The notes below the pieces were generated by a model, which made no database searches, had not been told where the DNA came from, and saw nothing but the letters and a program-made list of their open reading frames with translations. Positions 24,261-36,489 of a DNA stretch of 64,000 bases are shown piece by piece (position 1 is the stretch's first letter; each line of letters starts with the position of its first letter). The DNA is from Anthoceros angustus. Its lineage: Eukaryota > Plantae > Anthocerotophyta. The position numbers and the translations under genes were made by a program. The DNA lies in NCBI GenBank assembly GCA_010909165.1, contig MU008183.1, positions 950,114 through 1,014,113 of the forward strand, given 5' to 3'.

Positions 24261-25511
24261 ATGGGAGAACAGATTGCGCCTTCGCAGGCGTCGCATCTCA
24301 ACGGGGGCGTGGTCCTGGAGCCTGTGGTGTCGGGAGGCAAGGGGGATGAGCTGGGAGTGGCGGGAGCGGGAGCGGGAGCTGGAGTTGGAGCTGGAGGAGG
24401 AAGATTGGCGGGAGGAGACGCGTCTCGCTGCAGGCCGCTCACGGTGTTCAAGCTGCTGCGGGGATTTGTGTGCCTCTTCGTGCTGGTGCTGACGGCATTT
24501 GTGACCTTGATCTTCCCGGGGCCGCCTGTGATGGTGGTGCGGCTCTTCAGCGTGCGCTACTTCAGGAAGTGCACGGGCTTCTTCTTCGGGCATTGGCTGT
24601 CCATGTGGCCGTTTCTGTTCGAGAAGATCAACCGGACGAGAGTGGTGTTCTCGGGGGAGAAGGTGCCGGCGGGGGAGCGGGCCATGGTGATCTGCAACCA
24701 CCGCACGGAGGTGGACTGGATGTACATTTGGAACCTGGCAACGCGCAAGGAGCGCATCGGGTTTGTCAAGTATGCGCTGAAGAGCAGCGTGAGGAATGCT
24801 CCTCTATTCGGCTGGGCCTTCCATATGCTGGAATTTCTGTTTCTGGACAGGAAGTGGGAGGTGGACGCGCCGGTGATAGCGGCTCATTTGGCAACCTTCC
24901 AAGATCGCCGGGACGCACTGTGGCTGGTGCTGTTTCCCGAGGGCACGGACTTCGCGGAGCACAAGAAGATTCAGAGCCACAGGTTTGCGGAGCAGCAGGG
25001 GCTGCCGAAGCTGGACAACGTGCTGGGGCCGCGTACTAAGGGCTTCTTTGCTTGCGTCTCGCAGCTGCGGCCGACTCTGGATGCCGTCTATGACCTCACT
25101 ATCGCCTACAAGTACCGCTGCCCCTCGTTTGTGGACAATCTGTTCGGGATCAACCCCGAGGAGGTGCACATCCATGTGCGCCGGGTGGCCGTGGACGGGG
25201 TGCCGCAATTGGAGGCGGACTCCTCCGCCTGGCTCAACGACGCCTTCCACCAGAAGGACCAGCTGCTGCACCAGTTCAATCGCGTCGGCTGCTTTCCCTC
25301 CGCAGTAGACGAGGGGGAATTGAGCGCGGTACAGGGTGCGGGGACGGCCGCCTTCTTCTCGCTTTGCAGCTTCGCTGCCGTATACGCAGTGTGGAGGAGC
25401 TCCTGGGTATTGGCCTATGTTGTCCTCAGCTGCCTGGTTCTTACCACGGCCACTTTCTTGGACTGGAGGCCTCAGCCCGTCTTGGGCTCATCGAGGAAAC
25501 GAACTTCCTGA
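24261..25511 (+). CDS. LPAT: Lysophosphatidic acid acyltransferase, LPAT4/5-like; intronless
   Basis: Acyltransferase motifs CNHRTEVDW and LFPEGTDF, plus PRTKGF and LDAVYDLTIAY and a C-terminal hydrophobic segment. First ATG at 24261. Confidence 0.93.
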   Translation: MGEQIAPSQASHLNGGVVLEPVVSGGKGDELGVAGAGAGAGVGAGGGRLAGGDASRCRPLTVFKLLRGFVCLFVLVLTAFVTLIFPGPPVMVVRLFSVRYFRKCTGFFFGHWLSMWPFLFEKINRTRVVFSGEKVPAGERAMVICNHRTEVDWMYIWNLATRKERIGFVKYALKSSVRNAPLFGWAFHMLEFLFLDRKWEVDAPVIAAHLATFQDRRDALWLVLFPEGTDFAEHKKIQSHRFAEQQGLPKLDNVLGPRTKGFFACVSQLRPTLDAVYDLTIAYKYRCPSFVDNLFGINPEEVHIHVRRVAVDGVPQLEADSSAWLNDAFHQKDQLLHQFNRVGCFPSAVDEGELSAVQGAGTAAFFSLCSFAAVYAVWRSSWVLAYVVLSCLVLTTATFLDWRPQPVLGSSRKRTS

Positions 25512-26579
25512 GCATCATCCTCGGCTTACTTTTGCTTCATCTTATTGCTTCCTCCCGCCGGCTGGTGGAGTATTTGTTGAATTCTTCCTGTGACCGACAG
25601 GAGGAATAGCACAGCATGCATGTTGCTACTACAATTATTGCTTTAGGATAGGTAGATTGGGACAAGCGCTCGGCCAGGACAGGACAGTTCTGGTCTGGTC
25701 TGGCCAGGTCAGGTCAGGTCAGGTCAGGTCAGGGGAAAGCGTACTGGACGGCATGGATTTAATGTTGCTGGATGCAGGTACGTTTTGATAACATCGAAAT
25801 TTTAGTCTACGTAAGCACAGTGAACGTGGTTTAGGTTCTTTTGTGCTTTCGCATTCATGTCCATTGAAGCCGGTATGGCCGTAGCAGACACACTGGTAGG
25901 ATGTACATATGTACATACTCCTGTCGCATTACAGTAATGTTTTTAGTCCAACGGAGTGCGTACTAGGTAGAACCTTACCATCACAGTACTAAGGGGTTAA
26001 TTTGTTTTGTCAGGGAACGAGGTGTGGCATTTCGTGTCATGAATGAATGAAGGAATGAATGACGTTGTGTTTTGACCGGCAGTGGTTGTAGCTTACGCAT
26101 GGCAACACAAGTTGAAAAAGGAGGAGAGTGTGCTTTATTGTGTGAGGAACAGCTTGTGGCTCTCTCAAAGGAATTCATTCATTGTCTTCCTACAAATGTT
26201 TATTTAGCTCAAATGAAGCATGTCTTTCAGGATGCTCTTTTTCTGCCTACTGCCTCTCATGGTAACCATCATCTACAAAAGAATCATGCTAAGAACAAAT
26301 TGATGCAGTTCTGGCCTCAAAGTTTTCAAGCGGCAATGCAGGGGCGTCAGCATCAGCTAGCTAGCCCATGCAGTGCCCTAACTAACAATAATTCAAACGC
26401 CTATAGTACATGTGCTCCAGTCATCAATCACAGAAGCAGAAAGACTCCAGTCACCGATCACTGGAGCAGATAACCAGAGCTGAAACACATCATTTCAAGA
26501 GCTGCAGAACCCGAACTTACCCTACACATCGTTTGAACAGCTGTTCTAAGCATCATTCAACCCTACGTACGCTTGGGGC

Positions 26580-27737
26580 TCAGAATACTTTTGGGATGAG
26601 GTATTTTCTGTCTTCAGGAAAGCCATCCACCTTCTTCAAGTACCACTCTTTGGTTGCCACGGCTCGTGTTGTCATGTAGATCACCACAAATACTCCTGTC
26701 CAGAATGCGATTGATGTCTGGCATATCATGGCAATACCTATGAAGTCGATGATCTCGAAGACGTAGTGAGGGCAGACCAGGTACTCGAAGGGGCCGCCTG
26801 TGGGCACCACGTAGTTTGTATGACTGATGAGGCGCCTTACGAAGAATCCAGACCTAGCCTCCTTTCGAAAACCTGCCAGCTTGTAGTGACAGTAGAAGTT
26901 CCCAGCCACTCCCACCAGGAAGGTGTAGAGGCCGAACCATTTCAGGTTCACTGCAGGTCCATTCAGGTTGGAAGCAATCTCTTGGCCATATAGTAGGTTC
27001 ACGACTCCGATACAGTAAGCGGTTGATATCGCCACAGCTTGGACAGCATGGACTGTTCCTGAGTAGACATGGAGGAACAGGATCTGGTCCACACATTTGT
27101 TTTGAAAGCGGAGAGTGAGTTGAGTGAGTGAGTGTGTCATGCATGCATTCACTTCAAGAAGTTAAAATTTTCAGTGAGACTCTTTGCGGACTTATTAAGC
27201 ATAGTGCAGCAGGAGGATGATTCTATGCCAAGAGGACTGCGATTCCTGGAGATATAATTGTGGTCGAACTCATGTCAATTGCCGGCAAGCCAGTGTGTTG
27301 GGATGCAGTGATGGGATGATGATATCTTGCAAAAAAAGAAGCGTGCAAAGAGCACTGACCTCGAGGACTCGCTTCCCGAAATGTATGATAAGCGCGGAAG
27401 CCAGCATGCGCATTCTTCTGTCCCAGTCTCTATGAAAGGAGATATGGTTGGCCCAGCCTGTGAGATGCAGCTTGTACATCACGTCCACGGGGTCCAGGAA
27501 TCCCAGCTTGGTGAGCAAGAAGGAGACGGCAATCACCGCGGACGGAACATACATAATAAGCATCCCGCGTTTACTTGTAATCTGGTGGTGCTTGGTGTTA
27601 TCAGCAAACTTGGAATACTGAAGGCTCTTGCCGGTCATTTCCATCACTGCCACCACCACTCCGACGGCCAGCATAACCATCTCCGAAACCTTGAGGTAGT
27701 GGTTCTCATGTCTATCGAACAGGAAAGTAGTACTCAT
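26580..27737 (-). CDS. Steroid 5-alpha-reductase / enoyl-reductase-like membrane protein, 2 exons (27737-27360, 27083-26580)
   Basis: LQYSKFA, IHFGKRVLE|ILFLHVYSG, GNFYCHYKLAGFRK, YVVPTGGPFEYLVCPHYVFEI and YLKKVDGFPEDRKYLIPKVF. The intron is GT..AG and in phase. Confidence 0.9.
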
Positions 27738-28468
27738 TTTTCCAGCTGTAGGAGCATAAGCAACGTTGGCCTGACACTCTGTGCGATTGTCCGCGAGATG
27801 CGCCAGGGCCCCTGGTCAGTCCTGCTCAAAATTTTCTCTAACCTACCCGGGCCGGACAACGCATTTCCCCGATGCTCTTCTCCGAAACCCCTCCGACCAC
27901 CACTTCTCGACCTCTATCCAGATCTGCAACTGCATCAGCCTTTGGGATCACCTGGACCATGATGCGCTCCTTGTTCCCAGATCCTTGCTCCGCAACGAAA
28001 CAAAATTTCAAGAAAATGCAATCACGCCATCCGCATTCTGGCCTGCGGAGGATTCACATTGAATAATCTTCCATGGCCATGGCCACAGCCACGCTGCTGC
28101 TCCTCTCGGACGCGATACAGGTCACCCGGCAACAGAGGACGTGCAGACTCGGAAAAACGCCAACCCCGAACACCTACACTGCCAAGATGCCATGGAGCCT
28201 TGCGTAATGCGGCACCTCACCCCGATCTGGATCATGCGTCTGCGTCCAGTGAAGCAAGCCTGCAGGGAAGGAAGAGGTGCATCGCTCGCGAGCCTGCGCA
28301 CACAGGAATCAAGGCGGCGGTTTGGTGTCACTTCGCAGGGGCACAGCGTCGCTTCCCCGTTCGACAACAAATGACCGTTCACACCTGCCTACTCCAAACT
28401 TTTTCCCGTCCCGGTTTCTTTGTCCTTCCGCCTCTCTCCGCCGCTGTTATACATCCTCTTATGAGGGT

Positions 28469-29821
28469 TTACAAAATGACAGTAACTCCACCCTCATCAG
28501 AAGCCGGCTCCGGCGCGATCTGCTTCTGCAGCTTGGCTATGGAGTGCCGCAATGTACTAAGCTCGCACGCAGCGTGCCGGAGATACTCGTCCGCCACAGC
28601 ATCCAGCTCCGCCTGCTGCTGCGAGGAAACAGAGCTGGAGTCGCTCGGGAGCACATTCACCGTGAACTCCTCATTCCCGACGCGCACTCGGTCGCCTCTG
28701 CTCAGGCTGAAGTCGATGGTGGACTGGTTGCCGTCGTCCGACGGCACGCTGATGTCAGGGCTGGGGCTCTCCTCATCCCCGCCCGCGGGCACCACCTCCT
28801 TCGGCCTCAGGATATACTTCTTGCTCCTGCTCTCGCTCTGTTCCTGCAGCTCGCAGTTGTATCTGGCCCCGGTGCAGGACCTGTCCAGATTCGACCTCCA
28901 CACCATCACCAGCTGCTCCGAGGTCCCGGACGTGAAGTACTCCCCGTTCTGCGAGAAGGCCGCGCAGGTGACATTTCCATCCCCATGCCCGGCCAGAGTA
29001 TACAGCCCCCTCCCCTCCCGCACATCCCACACCCGCAGTGCGTCCCCGGACGCGGAGAGCAGGAAGTGCCCCGACGGGTGGAAGCAGAGCGACTGGATGG
29101 CCCCCCCCTCGGTGTCGTAGTGCTGTACCAGCATCCGGGTCCGGATGTCGCGAATCTGGATGGCGTAGTCCGCCCCCCCGCTGGCGATGCAGTTCCCGTC
29201 CTGGCTGAACCTGGCGCAGTTCACCGTGCCCAGCAGGTCGTGGAACACGTGGATGCACTCCCGGCGCTCGAAGTTCCACAGCCGCACCGTCTTGTCGTCG
29301 CTCCCGGACACGATGAGCCTCCCGTCGTGGTTGAACTCGGCGGATCGGACCCAGTTCAGATGCCCGGCCAGGGTGAGGAGAAACCTCCGTCCCTCCACCG
29401 CCCACACCTTGAGCATCTTGTCGTCCCCTCCGCTCAGGACATGGTGCCCGTTGGGCGAGAAGGCCACCGTGCGCACCGCCCCGGAGTGGCCCTTGATCGC
29501 CCTCGACTGCCCACAAACCGTGGGCAGCCAGAATCGCAGCGTCCTGTCCTTAGAGCCAGACACGATGACGTTGTCCAGAGGCGACACGGCTATGGCGCAC
29601 ACGGCCCCTTGGTGCCCAAGAAACCTGTACGGCCTATTGCACGCATCCAGCACCCCAGGCCTCTCGTGCAGGCTCCACAGCAAAACCTGCCCATCTGCCC
29701 CTCCAGACACCAGGTGCTTCATGCTCGGCCGGAACTGGCAGGCTCCCACCCGCCCCCTGTGGCACCGGTCGTAGCGCGTCACCACGCTCGGACCCGGCGG
29801 CTTCAGCTTCCAGTGCCTCAT
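28469..29821 (-). CDS. POC1: POC1 centriole/basal-body WD40 protein; intronless
   Basis: Seven WD40 repeats collinear with POC1 (RPYRFLGH..., GHLNWVRSAEF..DGRLIVSGSDDKTVRLW...RECIH..., LVQHY, FHPSGHFL, GRGLYTLAGH, GEYF...VMVWRSNLD), followed by a C-terminal coiled segment. Confidence 0.88.
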   Translation of the reverse strand: MRHWKLKPPGPSVVTRYDRCHRGRVGACQFRPSMKHLVSGGADGQVLLWSLHERPGVLDACNRPYRFLGHQGAVCAIAVSPLDNVIVSGSKDRTLRFWLPTVCGQSRAIKGHSGAVRTVAFSPNGHHVLSGGDDKMLKVWAVEGRRFLLTLAGHLNWVRSAEFNHDGRLIVSGSDDKTVRLWNFERRECIHVFHDLLGTVNCARFSQDGNCIASGGADYAIQIRDIRTRMLVQHYDTEGGAIQSLCFHPSGHFLLSASGDALRVWDVREGRGLYTLAGHGDGNVTCAAFSQNGEYFTSGTSEQLVMVWRSNLDRSCTGARYNCELQEQSESRSKKYILRPKEVVPAGGDEESPSPDISVPSDDGNQSTIDFSLSRGDRVRVGNEEFTVNVLPSDSSSVSSQQQAELDAVADEYLRHAACELSTLRHSIAKLQKQIAPEPASDEGGVTVIL

Positions 29822-29828
29822 CTTCCTT

Positions 29829-29889
29829 GCACCTTCCGTGCACCTTCCTCGCACCTTCCGCGCACCTTCCTCGCACCTTCCGCGCAACC
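29829..29889. repeat. 11-bp tandem repeat (gcaccttcc(gt/tc/gc)) x5.5 directly before the POC1 ATG
   Basis: Units at 29829, 29840, 29851, 29862 and 29873. Confidence 0.9.
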
Positions 29890-30080
29890 TCAGCATTCAG
29901 CCTCGCCCAACCTGCCTTCCCTTGCCTTGGTTTGCTTTCCTTGCCTTGCTTGCCGGCTGGCACCGACCAGCAACCGTCTTCGTTCAAATGACAGTGAACG
30001 CTTCTTGTTATTTTTACCTCCTGCTTCCTGCTCAATCAGAGGGGATTGATGGGGTTCCGCCCATGCCCACTCCAGGAGCT

Positions 30081-31635
30081 TCACAGTGTCTTGTGGCGAC
30101 GCCTGGAAGGGGCAGGCTTGCGAGGAGGGATGAGCCACTTGATCCATCCCAGCACGCCGTCTGCTGCTGCTCCTGCAGAGGATTCTGCGACTTGGGCATG
30201 ATGTAGAGGAGAGTTCCAATCCCGGGCCACCATGCTGCGGGCGAGAGCTATCTCCAGGCGATGGGTCTGGGCCTCCAGTTTCTGCTGCAACTCCACGTTG
30301 GCGGATCTCAGCTCCGCTGCTGATGCAGACTCGGCGGTTACAGCTCTGATGAGGGCGGCCTTGTCATCTGCCAACTCCAGGAGCAGGGAGTCTATGCTCT
30401 CCAGGCTCTTGAGGTGGGAGTCGGGAAGGGTGGTTGATAGCGGGATGGAGGTACTGAGGTCTCCGAGTGAAGGTGCGCTTACTCCTGCTGGCGATGGTTG
30501 TGCTGGAACCACTGATGATGAGGGTGAAGGGTAGGTAGCCGCCGGCTGGTCTTCAGACACTGGTGGTGGTTGGGATGAAGTAGGCTCTGACTCCAAGTCG
30601 TCTGTACCAGTGCAAGCATCTGCCTTCCGCAGAGTCCCTGGAGGGACGTGATGAGACTTGGAAGATTGATGGAGTCTGGAAGTTAGCACCTTCTTCTCCT
30701 CGTGGACGACCTCGAACAAGGACTTGAGATTTGCACGATCTTTCTCCAAGGCTACTACTTGTTTCTTCTGTAACTCGTTGGCAGCTACAAGGGCTTCCGC
30801 GCTTCTTTCCAGTTTCAGTCCCTGTGACCTCATCTGAAGCACACGTTCGCCTAGTGCAACCACCTCTGCTGCGAGTGTATGTGACTGCTCGACAGCAGCA
30901 GCACTCTCTCGTTGAGCTTTTTGCACCTCAGCTCTCAGGTTTGCCATAACCAGTGCCTGCGCTTGAATCTCAGCTTCCAGCTGCGCCAGCTCATCTCTCA
31001 GCTTGTTCACCACCTTTCCCTGCTGGTTGTAGTGTTCGGTCAGAGAAGAGTGGTCCTTGGCCAGTTGACCTGCCAACTCGTTTGCTGAGGCGAGGCTACG
31101 CTGCAAAGAAACATTCTCTTGGGTGAGATCCTCAATATGCTGCTCCAATGCGCTGAAATCATCAACAGTTGCTGGAGATAGCCTGTGCCTGTGCCGAACC
31201 GCGTCTCCAGGTCCGTCCTTTGATGTGGGCAATATTGGTTCTCCAGCTGGCTGGACATCATCTGATTTAGGCAATACTGGTTCTGCAGCTGGCTGCCCAT
31301 CATCTGATGCAGGCAATACTGGTTCTCCAGCTGGCTGCTTATCAGGAACAACCACAATCCCACCATCCTGCTGACCACCTGCCTCAGGCACATCGCTGCT
31401 TGGGGTGGTTGTCAGCGAGGGCACCTTCTTCCCCTTCCCTTCCCGAAACTTCTGAAGCCGCTTGAAACCAGCATTCCAGTGCTCTTGTTTCCGAGATGAA
31501 GGCTCGGCACCTAGACAAAACCATGACCACGATTGCCTGAGGCTTAAAAGAAAGGCATACAATCATGTTGGGAGAATCAAAAAGCCCGGCAGAGTGTCTC
31601 TGACGTGTGAGATCATTACCAGTTGCAAGAAACAT
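30081..31635 (-). CDS. BLI: BLISTER-like coiled-coil protein (proposed exons 31635-31620 and 31510-30081)
   Basis: SRKQEHWNAGFKRLQKFR and DDFSALEQHIEDLTQENVSLQRSL...SSLTEHYNQQGKVVNKL match BLISTER motifs. A 16-nt first exon ATG TTT CTT GCA ACT G|gtaatg splices in phase to tag|GT GCC GAG. Confidence 0.85.
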
Positions 31636-33305
31636 TTGAAAGAAAGCTTCAGTCAGTCTTCCTGCCACCAACGATTCCTGTACACCAAGTGGCTCAGAAT
31701 GTCAAATCAATTCTTAATGAACGGAAATGCAGAGCAATCATGTCCATTTGACATGGAAATGCAACGCGTAGAGGGCGAGAACTTGCGCTCCTACGTCTTG
31801 CTGCTGTTATGGCTTCAAACTTGGACAGTCCTGCCATAAAACCTTCAAGCACGATGACATTGGTCCTCAATTGGTGAGATCTTCCACTTCGACTCGCAGG
31901 TTCTGCTTCGCAACGGTTTTCTGACCCTTATATCCGCATCTCACATCGCTTCAACCTGGTGTTGGTTCCCGATTGTGAGCAGGAAAAGTACTCACCTGCA
32001 AATATTAAGAATGTCCAGCCGATGATGGCCAGTTTAACCTTCCCTGGAAAGGACAATGATCTCCAGCTCGTATCCCCGTAAGCCAGCCACATTGGCTATT
32101 CCAAACTTTTCGATGGACCTAAACGCTATACCTGCCAAGGGCACTGCACTTTCATGGACTTCAACCCTTCCATCCATCGCCAGCCTATACCCAAACCCCC
32201 AAACCATACCTCAGAGCGGGGGTGAAGTGTCTGAATGGAGGCGTGACCAAAGCCATCAGCTTCCTGCGTAGTACAAACAAGAATCAACAACTTGAACGGC
32301 CATTTCACCGTTGCACTCCAAGTACCAGCTCATGTGCCAAAAGTTTTGCCTTTTGCACTGGGCTTCGTGTACTCACAATGGAGCAAGGAGCCCAGCAAAG
32401 CATCTTCATGCAAAATCAGAGCTCCTACAAAGTCATAGAGGACTGTGCCTCCAAAACTTGCCTCACACAGTACCTGGGAGTTTACATCTAGAGATTCTCA
32501 AGACAACCACAAGGCTCAACAGGGATGGTTGCCTGCCCCAATGCTATCAGTGCAAGCACCAAGTGATCAGAGGACGAAAGCACGCACCAGAGCGGAGCCA
32601 GCCAAACACATCACAAAGACAGGGGGAGAAAATTTTGAGAGCAACAATGCACATTGCAATAACAGCCTTGCATCATTGTCCCCCAGAAAGAAGAAAGCCT
32701 GGTGCCAATCAGTGTGAGAACATTTCGACAACCCGGCCACCATCTGATAGCACACTTGATTAGCAGGCTGGAAAAGAGATCCTATCTTAGAAACAGCAGG
32801 CCATCCACGCACACACGACTTATCGCCCTTCATTCTCAAGCTGAGGGACATTCGCACAACTGAGAAAATCACAGCTGCTGGATCTGAGAACTGGCAACTA
32901 ACCAAGATTCACGCAAGATGTACGTCACTACCAGGATCTCGACGCAGACGCACAGAAACCCTACCCGCAAGACGACCCCCCTCCGATCAAACGCTAACCA
33001 GAAAGAGCTCGCGCCCAACCACGCCCTGGCACGTCTTGCAGGCTGAAGACACGCGGGTGTAAGCGATGCACTGAGCAACGCTGACTGGTGACGGCTGCAT
33101 GTCATCCTGCCCGTGTACAGAGCTGTTCAAGTCGACATAACACGCTTGCCGCCTGATCGCAGTTAGTTTCCCACCAGCCTGGTGGCTCGATTCGAGAGAA
33201 GGGTCACTGCTGGCATCGTTTGTGAGCGCGTTGTCCACAATGGCCAAGAAGCCCCGGGAAGCTTGAGGCGCAGGGATTGCGGCAGTTGCTGTAGGACAGG
33301 CAGTC

Positions 33306-34793
33306 ATGGTGAATTGCTAGTCTCCCACTCAGAACTGAACCTGATTGTGCTGCCTTGTAGATCGTGCTGTTTGTACTGATATCTCCTGTGGGCTGGTTGG
33401 TGTTGCTCAGTCGAAGAAGAGAGGCTTGTCTTCGGAGGAAAAGCGGAGCCAGATGCTGCAAATCTTCTATGAGAGCCAGGACTTCTATCTGGTATGTTCA
33501 GAAGCTGTGGTTTGATCGTTTCCAAGTTGAAAGTGTGGCGAATGTAGTGTATCTGTTGAGATGCTGAGAATTGGTCTTGGAATGCAAGCTGCGGGAACTG
33601 GAGAAGATAGGTCCGAAGAAAGGTGTTATCAGTCAATCCGTGAAGGACGTGGTGCAGAGCTTGGTGGATGACGATCTGGTGTTCAAAGATAAAATTGGCA
33701 CCTCAGTGGGTTTCACCTTTCCGGCTTGCTTGCTATGTTCACGTTCTTACAATGTGAAGAACAGAGAGCTGACAAACTCCAAGATCGCAGGTGTATTTCT
33801 GGAGTCTTCCAAGCCGAGCTGGGAACCAGGTAATTGCAAATACGAACAGGAGTGAGAGCTAGAGAAGAGCTTGCAGCCCTCGTTTGGGACGTGGGACTGG
33901 CATTGACTAGGTGTAACCTCGCCTTTCTCTTGATTCCCTTTGTAAGCTTCGGCAAATGCACAAGAAGTTAAAAGCTGAGCTTGAAGTTGTCAAGAAGAGA
34001 CGGCTGGAGTTGCAGTCTGAGAAAGAGAACCTGCAAAAGGGAAGAGAAGCTTCGGTATGAGTCTTGCTCCTTGCTGCTGCTAACCCGTGGGCTATCTGCA
34101 TGCATATGGCCCAGTGTGATGCTGACTTGCTTATCTTGTCACCAGAGTGAGCGTGATGCTGGTTTGGCACGACTAAGAGAGCTGGAGGAGCAAGCAAAGC
34201 CCCTAAAGGTATCTCTGGCTTCATCACTGGCATTGCAGAGCTTTTTGAAATTTCGTGAGAGGGTCTGTTCAGTTTGGAGGTCTCCGAGTTGCAGGAAGAG
34301 TTGGCAACTTATGCCGAAAACGACCCAGCCGTGCAGGAAGCAATGCGTAAGTCTAGCTACTTGCCGCTACTTCAAATCCCCGTCATACAGCGAGCAATAT
34401 CCTGGTCTCACCTGCAAGGGTATCTCCTTCTTTATGTGCAGAGAAAGCAGCTGTCGTGGCAATGGAGGCTGCAAACCGGTGGACAGGTAGAATTCGTTGC
34501 TTTTTGGAGATGAGATGTCTGGTGCGATGTCCCTTTCTGTCAAGCGTCTTTGTCCCACACTACCATGCTGAGAAATCGTTGACGCCCATACCTTATGCAG
34601 ACAATGTTTTTACGCTCCAGCAATGGTGCAACAACACATTTCCTGAAGCGCGAGAAAGGCTTGAACAAGCATTCTGTGAGGTCAGCCCCGACATTTTCAG
34701 CCGTGACTGAAGTCATGCCAAGTGAAGTGCTCTCTCAGGCTTGTTTCGCTGCAGGTCGGCATCACCAGCGACTTCGACTACCTCGAAAATTGA
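33306..34793 (+). CDS. MND1: Meiotic nuclear division protein 1, 10 exons (33306-33308, 33411-33491, 33589-33705, 33791-33829, 33947-34054, 34146-34208, 34295-34346, 34442-34486, 34601-34680, 34755-34793)
   Basis: The spliced product reads M|SKKRGLSSEEKRSQMLQIFYESQDFYL|LRELEKIGPKKGVISQSVKDVVQSLVDDDLVFKDKIGTS|VYFWSLPS...ANRWT|DNVFTLQQWC...|VGITSDFDYLEN. All introns are GT-AG. Confidence 0.97.
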
Positions 34794-35464
34794 TGGACAG
34801 ACGTTTCACAGGGATTATTTCTGCCTGTGCCTCCGCCTCTGCCACTGGAAGAGGATTGTGAGTCCTATGGATTGCTAAGCACCCCAAATGCGAGGTAACC
34901 TGAAAAGAGGACGCGACGGAACACTGCGGTGGCTAGAGACGTCATGAATTTCCCACCTCGCTTAGCTCCACAGGATACGCGAAAAGCAACCCCTTAGCTG
35001 AGGACAACCTCCTGCTAGATATTACTGCTCGCATATGCAGAGGCAACCAGGCGTACATCCGGAAGCAGGGGCGCCAAGTACCCCGGAGTTGCGACAGGCT
35101 GTGACGTTCTTTTGGTGCAGAGTGCGCGTGTGGATGCGCCGTTTTCCGTCTATGACTCAACGGCAGTGCAAAAACGTTGGGGTTAGAAAAGAACGGAAGG
35201 GAGGGCCAGCTAAGGTTCCTACTAAGCAATAAATGGACTCAACTTACAACATCCAACCTCACTAATACGAGTAATCGAATGATAATTTAAATTTAAAATA
35301 AAATATTCAATTTATTCAAATAAAAGACAAAATGATGAAAATATTATTCAAATATAAGATAAAACAATTAACAATCATGTTCTTTAGTTGCTCTCCATAT
35401 CACGTATCCCTGCGGGTTTTATGCGTTAATGTTGATGAGCTCTCCTCATGTATCTCTCCTCCCT

Positions 35465-35520
35465 CACTACTAAAATTTTTATTACAATCAAGTTATAGTA
35501 ACGACGTTACTAGGGCTAGG
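35465..35520 (+). mobile_element. Possible CACTA-element terminus
   Basis: CACTACTAAAATTTT followed by the palindrome tagtaacg-a-cgttacta. No matching other end was found. Confidence 0.25.
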
Positions 35521-36489
35521 TTCCATGCCTTTGCACTTCCGCCATTCCGTTCGATCTCTACCGTACCATTACACCAACTATCTTTCGTCTTGCAACAACA
35601 GGGGTTAGTCCCCCATGGTCTAGTGCCCTACTAAGGGTTGCTCCCCCTTCTCTTGGGGTAGATGGGTTTTCCCATCTCTTTTTCGTAATAAAGTCTGCGG
35701 GGTAGACCGCTTTCGTCATTTTGCTTATAAGCCTAGCCGTGATGGCCTAGGTCTTAGTCCGTGATGCCGTGCCAAGCTCCATGTGCGCCTGCCAACTCAT
35801 TGCTTCCAACTTCCTTTCTTTGATGTCGTGAGTAGCATATTGACCAATGACCTCATGCCGACTGCGAGAAGGACTAGTATTGCTCCCTTTCACTTCTAGT
35901 ACTGCTTCGCCCATAACCAATCTAGGTATGTCCACAATGTTTGTTGCATCTTTTGGCTTGTTATTGGAGCCATTAGAATGTTCACGTGCAGACCCATGCC
36001 TACGCGAAGGCTCCAAGTCCAAATTTATCAACATGTTCCTCCTTATCCACATCAACGAATTCCAAGTTATCGTCTATATGTAAAACCTCGAGATCTATAA
36101 CAGGTAGAGCTAGTTCTGCACCTAGACATCGACCTACGTTGTCGTGGTCAATGTCTTCATCCTCCATGAAGTGTTGGTCTGTTTGTAGGGCACCGTGTTC
36201 TCTTGATCATCGTCTTCATCTACATCAAAATCAAATTGGTCTGTTACTGCACCCAGGTCCTCTTGGTCATCATCTACCTTAAACTCATGGAATATTTGTG
36301 TACCAAGGTCATCGTCTTCCTCTGGGTTTGCCACTAGGTGATAATTGTGGACCCATGTGTCCTTTGCGTGATTCATGTCAATGGACCAAGTTGGATGAAC
36401 AGCATACTAGATGTCCTATGAAATGAAATAAAGTTTGTATAGGTTAAAAATCAAAGACAAAGATCAAGAATGATATATTAAGACAGTGT

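Noticed and set aside
28277-30049. 590-aa plus-strand ORF
   Set aside because: Antisense shadow of the GC-rich POC1 coding sequence.
28469-34793. POC1, BLI and MND1 as a reproductive gene cluster
   Set aside because: The genes act in different processes and life stages; adjacency in a gene-dense genome is a sufficient explanation.
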